Origin: Raillietiella orientalis
Taxonomy: Eukaryota
DNA: 64,000 nt
NCBI GenBank assembly: GCA_036172245.1
Contig: JAYWIR010000002.1
Coordinates: forward strand, 2,108,001 to 2,172,000
Direction of reading: 5' to 3'
Shown: positions 1 to 13,800 of the stretch, one piece after another
Layout of the letters: every line of letters starts with the position of its first letter
Position numbering within the stretch: the first letter of the stretch is position 1
Notes under the pieces: model-generated
The model's input: the letters and a program-made list of their open reading frames with translations, nothing else
Database searches by the model: none
What the model was told of the DNA's origin: nothing
Translations under genes and position numbers: made by a program

Positions 1-2263
1 TCCCACCAAATACGCATTCACTTTGCTCTTCGGGATTCTCGTTCTCCTGGTTGAACGCGCTTGTGGGAATATAAGATGAGGATGTATTTGCGTAGCAGCA
101 CCCTTTTTCGTTTTTGTTTTTATTTTTTTCCTTTTTTAACGATATTTTGAAAGATTCAGATCATCCTCCACCCCGCATCGCCTTGAGGTGCGAGTGAAGT
201 CATCGTGGTTTGGTCTCTTGTTAACATTTTTCGCGCGTGCGTTTTGCTGCTCGTTCTCCTTTCTCTTTGCCTCCATGCCGAGCACATTCATTAAGGGAAA
301 AACAACAGATGGGATTGCGCATGGAATGATCTTCCTGCTCCATGACCTCAACCACACTTTACCGGTTTCCATGTGCAAGACAGCAAGTCTTCCTTCCCTC
401 ACCCGTGGCACCGGAGATACCGTGCGTTGAAACCACCTTGTTTTATTACTCGTTCACGATGCTTTCTCTTTTTCTTTTTGGTGCAGGCATCTTGATGTCA
501 ATTCTGCGAGTGGCCTAAAGCACTTTCCTACCCTTGGAAACCGCTTTCGTGCTCTTTTATCACCGTTCCTTACCGATTGTGTGTGTCTTCGTGAATCAGG
601 TGCTGGTTAGTCCGAAAAAGTAATTTGAAGGTATGCCTTGGATGCCCAGCGTGTTAGGCAAGGATGGGGATTGCATGTGCCGAGGCATTATAAAATCATG
701 AATTTCATTCCCGGGGAAAGAAAATTTCGCTGGAAATCGTACTTGCTAGTAGGATCGGCCTTTGTCGATTCATTTTTAGGGCCTCATGCCCGTTTAGGAT
801 GCGTTAAGCGTGTGTGTCTTCACGAGGCAATTTCCAAGTTCTTGAGAGAAGTGCCGAATTTCTTGAGTAGGACCTACCAGGGCTGCGACTTGTGGGCATG
901 ATAGTAGGGCGCGGACTGAAGCAGGTAATCAAACTTCTCACACGAACGGGACGAGTTGCTGTCCAGATTTCGGTGTCTTCGAGCAGCGATCACAGTCGGG
1001 AATTTCGTGTTTGAGTTGAAGGTTGATGTGGTGCTCCTAAAGGGTGGTGGTTTCCTATCGAACGTCTTTCGCCCGAAACGGATCTTTCCAATTTCGTGCT
1101 TTTATTTTGTGTGTGTGTGTGTCGTCCATGTGCACTTGCGACTCCCTTAGAAAGGTGTTACATTGTATGCTTGCCTTCACACGTGATATGATAACTGGCA
1201 ATTAGTTTGTTCTCTCCTTTGAGGGAGAGGCAGTGGGAATAATTGATGTGATTATTGTGGAGTGCACGCTAATAACTTGACTCTGGTGTTTCGCATGATT
1301 TCCAACCATTACCCTATTAACAGCTAATGACAGGTTCCTGGTAAACTTGTGGCCGTTGCTTTGTACCCGCTTCATTTCTCGCCTTGTTCATGTTTCACAA
1401 GATAAGTTACTGCTTCCCATAAAATGTGGTTCACGAGTGTTCCATCCCAACTTTTCGGAACACACAAAACACGAGAGAAAACTTTTCGTTCGTTTCGCCC
1501 ATCCCCTCCTCCCCCTCTGAGCTCTTCATTAGTGCGTTTCCTTCTCCTGCCCCTTTAGCTGGAACCGCGGTTGTTTTTCTGTTCTGATTACCCTTTACGG
1601 CACTGATTTCCAACTTCACGTGCACTTTTTGTCGAGTGTTTCATGAAATATGGCTGTCTTGATGCGAGCAGATCCTTATGTGCGTTTCGATCTCGTGGCA
1701 TGTGTATTTGGTGGCACATGTGATTGCCTTGAGTTGTCTTCCGCCACCCTTTGCACTCGTGAGACTGCGAAATTCGTGATGCTTTCATCAATCAATTACG
1801 ATAACGGATCCTGTCACATCCCCCCCCCCCCATCAGTTTGCACTGATCATTAAAGCGACCATCACACTTTCAAACCCCATCAGGGTCTAGCTAGCGGTTA
1901 CTTGGAATAGACAACCTCTTTAACTGCTCTGTAAAGGTGTTCCTGTTATCCAACTTCGAAAAACTGGAAGCTCTATCATGTTTGAAGGAAATTATGCTGA
2001 GCGTGTGTATGTATGTGTATGTGTGCTTCAGTACACTTCGGTTGTTTTACCGCGGCCATTTCCCCCCTTTGTCTCTCCCCTCCCCCCCCACACACATACT
2101 TCACACTGATTTCTAGTGTTACGTGTGTGTGTTCTGAAACCCTTTCTTCGCTCGCGTACGATATATTAGAATGAGTCCAAGCGTATGAGCTGTGCATCGC
2201 TTTTGTCATGTTGAATTTTTGTTGGATTCCTGGTAACCAATAAGTATTATTCTATTTACCTAG

Positions 2264-3570
2264 GATATTTTCCATGATGGATTCGTCTCGGGTGTCAACG
2301 TTCGTCATTTCTATCCTTCTGATAGTGTACGGAAGCTTCAGGTACGAAAACAAGTACCATTATTATACTTGTGATCATCACCATTATCATTTTATTATAC
2401 TGTTGCTGCAGATCGTTGAATATTGAACAAGCAGCCCTCGATAAAGAGCGTTTTTCAGCCGAATTATGCAACTCTCAAGAGCGACGTAAGAAAGCTATGT
2501 AATTCTCATTTGTATCTTTTTTCCTAGGGGTGCAAACGCTGGATAGCTTGCACGCTCTTTGCCTTCCTATTGGTGCGTCGTTATCACTTCTTGTCATGTT
2601 TTTGTTTTTCGATTCTATGCAGATGGTATTTGCTGTATGCACAGCAAGTAAGTGTGCAGTTACTCGTTTTTTTCCTTAACTCTCAAAACCGTGTGCTATT
2701 CCAGTTATTGCTACTGTTGCACTGGCATTTCTGCTCTATCCAATGTGTCAGTATTTTCTGAAACCCTGCTCTGCATCTACCGCGATTTCCTGCAGCCTTT
2801 TAGGGAAGGTCACGTTGCCCGACATCTTGTCTTTCTTGCTTGCGTTGACAGTAGTGAGCGTGTGGATGCTTACTGGTCATTGGTTGCTCATGGATGCAAT
2901 GGGGATGGGGCTGTGTGTTGCATTCATTGCATTCGTACGGCTGCCGTCCTTGAAAGTCTCCACCCTGCTGCTTACTGGCCTCCTCATATATGATGTCTTC
3001 TGGGTGTTTTTCTCGTCGTACATTTTCAGTACGAACGTGATGGTCAAAGTGGCCACCCAACCTGCCGACAATCCGGTCCACGTGCTCGCAAAGAGATTTC
3101 ACTTTCATATCAAGGATGCTCCCAAGCTTTCTTTGCCTGGAAAACTCATCTTCCCGTCCATGTACCGAGCCGGCCATTACTCCATGCTGGGGCTCGGCGA
3201 CATCGTAATGCCAGGACTCTTGCTCTGCTTTGTGTTACGCTACGACGCCTACAAGAAGTCACAGTTTCTCGGCAGTCACGATGTTTCACCTTCCTTTAGG
3301 CGTCTCACGTATTTTCATTGTTCTTTAATGGGGTATTTCTTGGGTCTCCTTACGTCGACTGTGTCTTCGGAATTTTTTCGGTCTGCCCAACCAGCCCTCC
3401 TCTATCTTGTGCCCTTCACGTTGTTGCCCCTGTTGCTCATGGCGTACATGAAGGTAAGTCCCGCGAAGGTTTTCCCTTTCATCCTGCGTTTGTTGTTCCA
3501 GGGCGACTTGAAGCGCATGTGGAACGAACCGTTCATCGTTCCTGTCACGGGCAGGCAGATTAACATATGA
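2264..3570 (+). CDS. SPPL3: Signal peptide peptidase-like 3 (GxGD intramembrane aspartyl protease); exons 2264-2341, 2412-2485, 2528-2647, 2705-3453, 3502-3570; a short first coding exon may lie upstream, or the start is ATG 2274
   Basis: The spliced translation begins [26 protein letters not shown]... and contains the catalytic YD (IYDVFWVF), GLGD and QPALLY motifs. All junctions are GT-AG and keep the frame. Confidence 0.95.
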
Positions 3571-3711
3571 TGATGGTTGTTGGCCGCGGCACGGTTTTTG
3601 TAAGGCAGGACTCGGAGGTTGCGTGCGGAACGTCACCCTGCCAGATTCACGCGAAGCACTTCACGAATCGCGGATTCAGTACTCAGTTCACTCACTCTGT
3701 GTATTTATTTG

Positions 3712-3717
3712 AATAAA
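3712..3717 (+). promoter_or_regulatory. Putative polyadenylation signal of SPPL3
   Basis: AATAAA about 140 nt after the stop codon, followed by T-rich sequence. Confidence 0.5.
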
Positions 3718-6700
3718 TGTCCTTTTTGTACAAAGCTGCTCGGAAGAAACTCTCTCGGCTGCTTCCCGTAGCGACCACTGTCCTCTAGCAGCCACGGACA
3801 GTGACTTCGGTTGGGGGAAGGGGCTATGAATTTCGTTTCCTCCCCTCCCCCGACCGTTTTCCTGCTTACACCAGCTGGAGCGTGCATGGTGGCGGGAACC
3901 GCGAAACGGTGAAAGTGCGCGCACGCAGCTGAGATTCTGCCCGAGTCTCGCACCTGGTGGCACGGAGCGAGTCCGGTGGAAAGAGTGAGCCCCCCTCCGT
4001 GCCTCGAGAGTCGGTTTTTGACAGGGCGCGACCCCTCCGCCGCCTTCGAGGATGCTCCAGCGAGGGAGTGCCGTGCGGCTTCTGTGGTGGTGGTGGTGGG
4101 TGCTCTTTGTTTCAGTACAAAAGGGGAAGGCGCCGAGGAAGTGGCACCTGCTTGCAGGTTCCTCCACAAAAGGCAACAGCCGGCCGACGTTACAGGAAAC
4201 GTCGTACACCACGGCGTTTCTCCCACAAGTGGAATAAAAAGCGAATTTCAAAGCGTCTGGAGTTTTGTTTCAGGGACCCTGCGTGCCTTTTCGAATGGAA
4301 GCGGAAGTGGTTGTGATCCTCGTGTCTTCCTTGCAGTCCTCGAGCACGAGCCGCGCCACGCTCCGGTGTGTCGCGTGGCGGCGGCTGTATGCGATTTTTT
4401 TTTTCCTGGTCGCACGTGAACGGCGTTCGCTCCCAGGAGGAAGAAACGGTCCGTTTTCGTTGTCTCGCGCACTCTTCGCGGATGTCTTCTTGCGAGCAAA
4501 ACCGCAGCTGCAGATTTTCTGCGAGCCGATTTCAAGCGTTCCGAAGCAGCGACCGTGAAAGCGAACCGTTTCGTGGGATTATCTGTGGGAGGTGGTGCTG
4601 GCTGGGAAGCACCGCTCAAGAATGGGTTCTTTACCCTTTTCGATAATTTGGACGTGGGTGGAGGGTTTCCATGTCAACGGTCAGCCGCACGCAAATGACG
4701 GCCATACGAAGGATCGGACGGGAAAGACGTGGACACGGAGACAGCAGCCAGAGGGTCATGGACGCGGTGGCATCCCCGGCCGGGAAGAGGTGAGTGTTTT
4801 CCGGTACCTCTGCGTGATTTCTGAGTCGAAATTTCAGCGACCTCGGTTTCGGGCACGAAGAGTTCGGCGCTCACGTCAGCAATCGACACCGCAAGGTCCC
4901 CAAAGCGAAGCGCAGCCCGTCGGAATGTTCGACAACGTTCTTCTTCCCCATTCTGTATTTCGAGTTCACGCTAATGGCATATTATGAAGCGGACTCTCCT
5001 GGTTGTGAATAAAAAGAAAGAGAAGCGAAACCAAGCACACAGCAAGAGAAAATACCTCTTTATAGAAAAAAATAGTCCCGTTGAATTTCCGGAAGTTCAC
5101 TTCTCAAAAGAAAAAAAAAATTTTTTTGCTGTTGCGCTCCAACCAAAGTCAGCAGCATCCGGCGAAAAGCAAAGCCTTTCGCCGGTCCATTCGAAATTTT
5201 CCAAAGTGCGTTTATTGCCTGTTTGTTTACGTTGGTTTCGAGTCGAGATCTTTCGGAAATTCCCCATTTCTTTCGGCTCATCAGCTCGTCTTCCGCCACT
5301 GCTCCCGATCGAGGATCCTCCTGCAACCGAAGTCCGTGCTTGCCGAAGATTGATGGACGTTCCTACGGGATGTTTGCTGACCGGCGAATTTCAAGTCGAC
5401 GCTTGCTGGTGCCGTGGCACGCCGAGGGTGGTCACGAAGCACTCAGCCGTTCAGTCAGGTGCGCCAGCAAATTAGGTGAGGTCTGCCTGATCTCAGCTTT
5501 GACCACAAATTGATTTCTATGTCTAACCGCGTGTTCCCTCGTTCTGGAGGAATTTACGTCCCCTTCCCGGGTGATTAAGACCCGCACCACCCTTCGCAAA
5601 TGGATCTTAATTTTTTTTAATGCCCAGGGCCCTTAGAGCGACTGAAACTAAAGTGGGATCCTTTGGACGTGGCAGCACGAAGTCGTTCGCTCCTTCCCTT
5701 TCAGATTTCCTTTCGGTGTTGCATTTCCAAACAAGAGCTCTAAACGAAACTGAGAATCCTGCACGAGGCCGGAAAAAGTGAAACGCCTTAAGAGGGAAAT
5801 TTGGCATCATTTTGCAGGATAAGATCCCAAAGGACGCTCGCAGCGTCAATACTCGGCAGCGACTTTACGCGACGATTGGCCCCCCGGTGCCGTTGCCGCT
5901 CCGAATTTCGGCACTCCCGGCACCCTATTCGAGAATCCTCTTGATGGCCAGGAGTGGGTTTGGAGACGTGGAAACAAAGGATTCCCTGAACCGCCAGTCA
6001 AAAAGAAAAAGAAATTGCGAGCAAAGCCGAGAACTTCGCCGTCCGTTCCGTTGCCATGCTCCCCCCCCCCCCCCAAGGTGTAGTGATCCTTCTGCACCAA
6101 ATAATGGCTGCGTGGTGTACTGCTCTTGTGGGTATTCGCGGTTCGTTGACAGAAATGGGCTGCGATGAGGGACATTTCTTCTTCTTTGAAGGCAGGTGCG
6201 TTGTGTGGTTTATGACTGGCAAGTCAGAAAGTCTGCAAAGCGTATTCGGGTGGAAACCACAATTGCGTGGGCAGTGTGTTCTCGGCTCGTGGTATAAGGT
6301 TCGGAATACTGAGGTTCAGAATCATTCATGACATTTAAGCCGGAGTCGGGCCCATTTTGCATAAACTTCCCATTCTGAAATGATGGCCACGATGTTCTTT
6401 GATATGTTTATGAACCAACAAGTCTTCGCCGAGTCAGCACTACGGAAAAAAAAATTCCCGATGCTCTTCCCCATGCACGTATCCCTGGATGCATGAAAAT
6501 TGCGTGGCAAACGGAACCGAAAATTCACTTCTGCCCACCATCAAAGAAATATCTGTTCCCAATGCCGCACGTACTGAAACGGTCATCATGGAAGAAAGCT
6601 TACGACAAAAATCAAGTCAGGTTCCACGATCAGGGTCAAAATTCCCTGTTAGGCAATGCTGAAATTCTCCTTTTTCTTCCTTTTGGTCTCGAAAGTTAAT

Positions 6701-9700
6701 CTTTCGCAGTTGTGTGAATTTTAGAAGGAGAATTCGGAAGCCTTTTGAGTTTGCTCTGATAGTGTGAAGGTGCCACGTTGTTCCACGCGTTTCGTCTGCA
6801 GGCGTTACTGTTGAGGCTGGAAAAAGACACTTACTGCACGCGGGGAAGCTGTTTGTACAAGAGATCGTGTACAATGATGAGGTTTTCGCACTGGACTTTG
6901 CCAAACGCGAGCTCCGCAATCGATCATCTTTCGGTTTGTGTCAGTTTGCAGCTTTTGGTGCGAGCTCGTTAATGGGAAGAGATCCGTCTGCGCTCCCTGT
7001 CCGGGAACCCACCTGTCTGCAGGAGATCGCCACGAAGAAAAGGTTCTCGGCTAGGTTGGGGAAGAGGCAACTGGTCACCGCCTGCAAGAGGAAAATGGAG
7101 ACTCTTCCCGAACTCTTTGGCACCGGGAAGAGGCAAAGCAATCCAGTCGACACAAAACCGGGAATCTTCAATCAAAAAGAAAACGACGATTTCCCATCTC
7201 CCGTTTTTGCAAGCTTTCGTTCAGGAGTTCAGTCAGAATAACATCTGAGAAAACAGGAATGCCCGACAGGAAGGAAATGCACGATGTGATCAGATAGAAA
7301 TGAGTGTTTCCACGTGTCATCCTTTGCGTCTCCACCCCCTTGTTGGTGCATGTCGTGAAGGTAAGGAGAAAAAATCGGTCATGAGGTGTGTAAAACGTGC
7401 GGACTAAGAATTCTCAGTTCCCATGTAAACTTTCTAACAAATTTGCAGGATGTACGTACAGTATGTACCCAGAGCAGTGTGTACATTTCATTGAATGAAT
7501 GGCGATTTCAAGTAGACTGTGTAGCTGGGAATAAATTCCCAGGGAATCATTGAATGACAGTTGCCATCATCAAGTGAAAGAAAGTGTTTGTAGATAATCC
7601 TGGCAACCGCGCTCTGGTTGATTTTTTTTTTTTAAAAAAATGGTCCTGACCCTCCTCTCCCTGCATTGATTATTTCACTGTCCGATAATCAGATCCTGAC
7701 CTGCGATTCGGGATGGCTTCCTGGTCTTCGGAGCACTGCGATTCGGACCTATCGTGGCCAACGTCCCATTTCTGCATGCAGTCTGCCCCATTTCGTAGCT
7801 CTTCTGGTGAGACGAGACGCTCTGCAGTTCGTGCCTCTCGGTCTTGGTGATCCCAGTCGTTTCGAGGTTTCGCTCCAGAAATTTCGAATCAAAAAATGGT
7901 GTGGAATTGTGTGTCATCGTGGCCGAGTCGTTGGCCTGCAAGCAACGCCACCATGACAAGGAGGCAAGCAATGCCTTTTTTTTTTGTTGTTGTTGTTCGC
8001 TAGCGCTTGGTCGAAGTCACGCCATCCTCAGCACTATCCTTGCCGCGAATAAGCTGTTCATACGCTGACCTTTTCTTCCTTTTTTTTTCGGGGGTGGGGG
8101 GGGGGGGGATTCCGCTGCTGTGGACAACATCTATAAGAAAGAGTTTTTAGTTTTGTCTTTCTGGCATGAAAGGTCACACTGCTGTAGTGTCGAGTAACCT
8201 TTGAAAAAAATATGTTCACAAAACTCTCTCCCACCTTCCGATATTTGTTTTCATCAGTGCCTTTTTTTTTTTTTTTTTTTCTTGTATTTGAACTGCTTAT
8301 TTATGACCTCGGAGTTTGAAGCTTCTCTTTCAGCAAGTCAGCGCTGTGGAAGAAATTCTTGAAGCATTTCCCTATGTACATCTTCCAATGGGAAAGCCTG
8401 ACGATTGTGCATCCGCCTTCACGACGTGTTACTTCGACATCTTAATATACATACAATCTCGTTGGCTACTTGCCTGTGAAGCGTCAACAGATGGTATAAA
8501 CTGTTAAAGAATTGGTGTCGTCGCCGCAAAACAAATAAATAAAATAACGCTTCCATGGTTTGGGGAAACACCGAATTTCCGACTGGTGTGTCGGTGCGCT
8601 CGTACGAATGGGATCAGCCAAACCGGAATTCTTCTGTACCTTCATCTTGTGGCGTTGGCTGCGAGGTGCCAATCGGCGGAGTTGGCACACGCTGCTTTCA
8701 GAGTGCTGGTTTTTGTTGCTTTTGCCCGGTTCGTGGGGGGTGCCAGTGGGACCCCCCGTGACGTTTTCCCATTGGAGGACACGGTTCGAACATGGCCTGG
8801 AGGTCTACTTCGTGGAGTTCGTTTTGGGAACCGGACGAGGAGAAAGTGTGGCGCGTGGGCCAACAACTCCCACTTGGAGGAATTGGCTGCATGCTTATGG
8901 TAAAGGGTTCGCAGAATGCTCAGAAACGCTCTTGCAAAAAAGGTTCTTGGGCTCTGCGATCCGTGACAGCAGCTTGCAAACATTCACTTCATTTTTTTCT
9001 TTTTTCTTTTTTACACTCTCCGGGATTTTTTATGTTCGATGGGTTTTTATATCTTCAATATTCCCTCGACATAACCTTTGTTTTTTTTTTTTTATGTATG
9101 CTACTTCATATGTCACTGTCGTAAATCTCGTTTATTACCTTATTCATTCCTACAGTGGTAGCAGATCACTTCATGGCTCATTTTGCGTCTGTGGTCATTA
9201 CTCTAAGGCGTTAGAGAGAGAGGAAGCACTGGGTCATCATCAAGAACCGGAGACGTATGGGGTGAAGCAAAGGCACCTTCACCTGCTCGACTCAGACTGG
9301 GGCTCCCTCGAAAGATATGCTAAACCCCAAATATTTTATATAATAATAATTTATTAATAATCTACAATCTGTTATACCTTGGAAAATATATTAAACATGA
9401 ATGTCGCTTTGCTGAAAACCCTGAACCAGAATGGCGAGAGCGCTTCCTTCTGGTCATTGGGAGGTGCCAGACCTACGGGGGTTCTTGGTGAGACTGTTCC
9501 TCACGGGAAGGATGCGAAGGTGGCATCGGTTGAGTGGGGCAGCTCCGCACTCGGAGGAGTATCTGCTTGACCCCTGCAAGATGCACCCCTTTATGCAATG
9601 CTCAACTTGGGCTGGCAAGCTTCGGACCCACGAACAGGTGTGCTGTGACTATCCCAAGCGATCAACTTGTCGCCCTTTTCACTGCTGTGGTGTTTTTGTC

Positions 9701-10848
9701 ACTTTTTTGCCTGTGCGACATAAAGCTTGTGCCTCCCCTCCGAACACGACTGCCAATAGTTTGTTTCTGCACTTTTGCTTGTTTATTCAGCTATTGAAAA
9801 CCTGTCCCTTAAGCACGCACCAGAAATCTCGTTTTTCCTCTTCGTTGAACGCACTGCACGGTGTCATCTGAAACCGCGAATTAATTATTTTTGGGAAAAC
9901 TTCCATTCTGCAAACTGAGTACAGTAATTTGTAGAGTTTTCTCGCATAATTCTTTCCTGCCTGTTGCAAGACTTGGAAAACGCATCCTTGGAACAGGTAC
10001 AGTGCATGCTATACGTACGTTTCTGGGGCACTACACCTGCTTGTCTTCTTGCTTCGAAGGAGACCATTTGATAGATTGAGAATCAACCCGGTGGAACCCT
10101 TATCTGAACCAAGCATGAATTTTCCAAGCCTAGCGCGCGTTTTGAACACCGCCTGGTGTTTGGTGCTCCAGGCGAAACTTGGCGTGCATGCACTAATAGC
10201 CACGTGCTAGTCATACCAATTGTTTACTGTAAGAGGTCACGGTTTTTAATAACATGCTTGCGCTCAAGGAAACGCGGAGAACGAGGCTTTATTTTGTAAT
10301 ACGCGATACAAAAAAAGTTTCGAAAAGTTTCCACAGAACCGGACCGCCTTGAATGGGATGGGATGGTGGTGCTCCTTCGCAAATGGAAAGGATCCGTGGG
10401 CGAGTTTCTGGATTGCGTAACCAAAGTTCACAGTTGTCTCCTTAAGTGATTTACACCTTCGGGCAATCTGGGGGATTGATCCCCCCATTTGTGACTTACA
10501 CATCGAAATTTTGAAAGATGCAAGGCATCGAGTCTCAAGGAAAAGTGAAATCATCTGGATGATCACAATGGCGAAAGTGTCCATTCTCAAAAGAAGTTTC
10601 CTCCGTACATCGATCATTACAATAAATTTATCGATATGCAATAAATTTAATCGCACTTTTGCTGAAAGCTCCGAATTCCTCAAAGTGAATTTACAAATGC
10701 ATCAACTGTGTTATTTGTTAACTCGATTGAAACCTGACAGAATGTGGTTGTGATTGGGGGCCAGTTAAGCAATACACGTAATGCATACATAACAAGCCAC
10801 AAAATTGTTTCAAATCATGATATGGTTCAATGACTGAATGAGGCACAA

Positions 10849-13800
10849 TTAAAATGATGATTTATATCTTTTGACTTCAACCATTAACTGATGAATGTTA
10901 ATGAGCTCAGCAGACACTGATACATTATTCTTGGTAAGCAGTTTATGGAAACGGTGATAGTATTGTATAAACTGGGTGAGGGTTATCTGCAGAATATTAT
11001 TTCCGTTGCGGAAATTCGGGAATGACTTCTTGATTTCTCTGTCAATATTATCCAGTCCTTTCTTCCACGCCATCATGAAAGAACGCACAAGGTTGTGGAC
11101 ATTTACTATCGTACATAAAGATTAAATAGCTTGAGGAAACATGTAGATGAATAAAACCTTTGCTTTGAAGAGTACTAGTCTGTGCTTCTCCGTCCTTTAC
11201 ATACTGGATTATGGATCCAAAATTTATTGCTAGCAGTTCTTCAACATACTCATTTATCAGATGACTCAAACGTTCTTTCAGGCATTCCAACTCCCTGTAC
11301 TGCTGTTTAATTTGCTCCTAATCCAACCAAACTGCAATTTCGGTATCTATGCGTTATGTACTTACAGTCATGATTCCCAGCATCATATCATAATTATTAA
11401 TTAGAAATACGAGTTGCCCTTTACGCTCTGTAAACAAGGCTGCCATATGATAGAGAAGTTCTTCCATCTCAGCCTCTAATGATGAAAAAAGGAGCTCAAT
11501 TTGTTCTTGGCTGGATGGAAAGCTGTTATGAATCAGCAACAGAGCTGACATGAATTCTGCATATCGGCGGGAAATATAATGTGGTCTCGTATCTTGGATG
11601 GAAAGCCGACATGTATCACAATTGTGCAGACTCTGTATGTGCATTTGCAGTACACGTTCAAAGCGTGGGTATGCAATCTTCAACAAAGAATCCCAATATT
11701 TATCCAATGCAGGGACAGCCCGGCGGTGGCAGAGCAGCTGATAATGATGACAGAGGTGAGCACATGTTAATAGTGCCAATGCATCATAGCTGTTTGTAGC
11801 ATAATCCTCGAATACTTTCTAAAGTTAATGTGTTAGTCTCTAGACAGAATAGCACTCACGGTGCAAAATGATAAAGACTTCCACAGGATACAGTTGAACA
11901 AATCTTGCAACTCTGTATCAGTACATGAGAAAAATTCTACCAAAAAAAGATATTCACGGCATGCATTGTCAACCACAGCATATTGCATGCTACGAAAAAG
12001 TTCTTCAAAAGAATACTGGTCTGTTTTACTGGAATGCTGATTCCCCCATCTACCTTACTTGCACTTTTGCTGCATGAGGAACAATGATAGGGCTTTCCAA
12101 TTCTTCAGCAGTCAGCAGTTGAGCACGCTTTCCCACTGTGAAAATAGCCATACGATTTACCATTGGTTTGGATGAGAAGAGACTTTTTTTTATGCTTTCT
12201 TCTGCTCCTAATAAATCATCTTTGAGAGGCACATCATCACTCTAATCAGAGAGTCTACACAAATTAGGAGCACTGTAGATTTACCTGGAGCTTAAGAAGC
12301 AGAGTGCAGTATGTTCTGAAATAAGAGTAATACACCTTGCTGAGAGTATCAGCATAATGAGTGCGCACTTCGTTAGCAATATCGCTAGCATGCTGTGATA
12401 AAAACTGAAAGAAGAACTGATTGCGCAAGAGAATGCTCTGTGGAATGTGATAATTGGTCATTGGTTTTCTAAAAACACTGAACTTCCAAAGCAGGTATTC
12501 TCGGATTTTGGATACTGCTTTGACTTTGAGTTTACTTAAGATTTCCTGGGCATCTTGGCATGCATGAGTATCTAAATGAACATTTAAATACACTTGTCAG
12601 AGCCATTTACCCATTTACCTTTGAACTGCTTTGACCTGACAAATGCAATTTTTGAATCAAGGACATGCAGTTCCTGATTAAATTCTGGTTCTGTTACAGG
12701 AACGTCCAGAATAGTTCTAAAAAAGATCACTGCTCTAAAATTGTATCCAGACTGTCACCTACCTGATGGTAGTCTCTGATACAACAACATCATTCATGAA
12801 TTCACTGAGTTTACCAAGAATGTTTTGACGATTTTTCAATTTAACATTCATAGCAACCGACTGTGCTTGAATATTTTGTATTTCATGGCTGATACTACCC
12901 AGGTCTGATTGGAACATCAAGAGTATTTTTTCCATACGCTTAAAAATACAAAAAAAATTAGTGCCCACAACCTCTGAACTAATTTTGCACTGCTGTTTTC
13001 TAGAATGCTAAGACCAGAAGTGAAAGCAAGAGAGTCATTACAAGACAAGTTGAGTTTTTATTTACTAATAACAAATACTTAACTGTGTTAACATTACAAA
13101 ACCAGTATAACGATGAACAAAAAACACAATTTGCAGTAGAATGTTGACTCATTTAATACACATAAATAGCATTAATCGTTCCAAAATACCGGAAAGATCT
13201 TTTAGTTCAAACATGAATCATGTACAAGAAGTTTTATTTGGGCTGTTTTCGAAAGATGAATTATTTGAAAAAAGCTTGTGATACTGCCTAAGATTATGAC
13301 CACCTAGTATGTTAACTGAAGAGTATTTTTCTTATTCTGGCATTCAAACACTCAAGCATCATTTTATTTGCTTCATACCAAGTAAACTGCATGATACATG
13401 ATTATAAAAAAAAAAAAAAATATTGCAACTAGTAATTGCACACATATTTAACATGAAATATGAAGAAAGTGTGCACTAGTACTGGTTACAATCTTTCTTC
13501 CCAATAATACGAAATTTTGGGAGAGGGGCTGACACATTCAGGTATATACAACATATAGGTTCCAAATGTTTTCCGGCAAATGCTTCTAAAACAACGAGGA
13601 AAAACAATAATTGTAATTTAATTTGCAAAAGCATTATGCATTTTACTACTATTTATGACATTCAATCTCAATGATTACCTTTATATATGATGTGGGTATC
13701 ATCATGATTTACAAGAACTACCTACATATAAACATCTGCCAATTTCACTAACAGGCCACATTTGAGATTGCTAAAATCACGACAGCAAATATGAAGAATT

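Noticed and set aside
8560-9357. 265-aa ORF
   Set aside because: It runs through T-homopolymers and shifting composition and has no recognisable motif; likely spurious.
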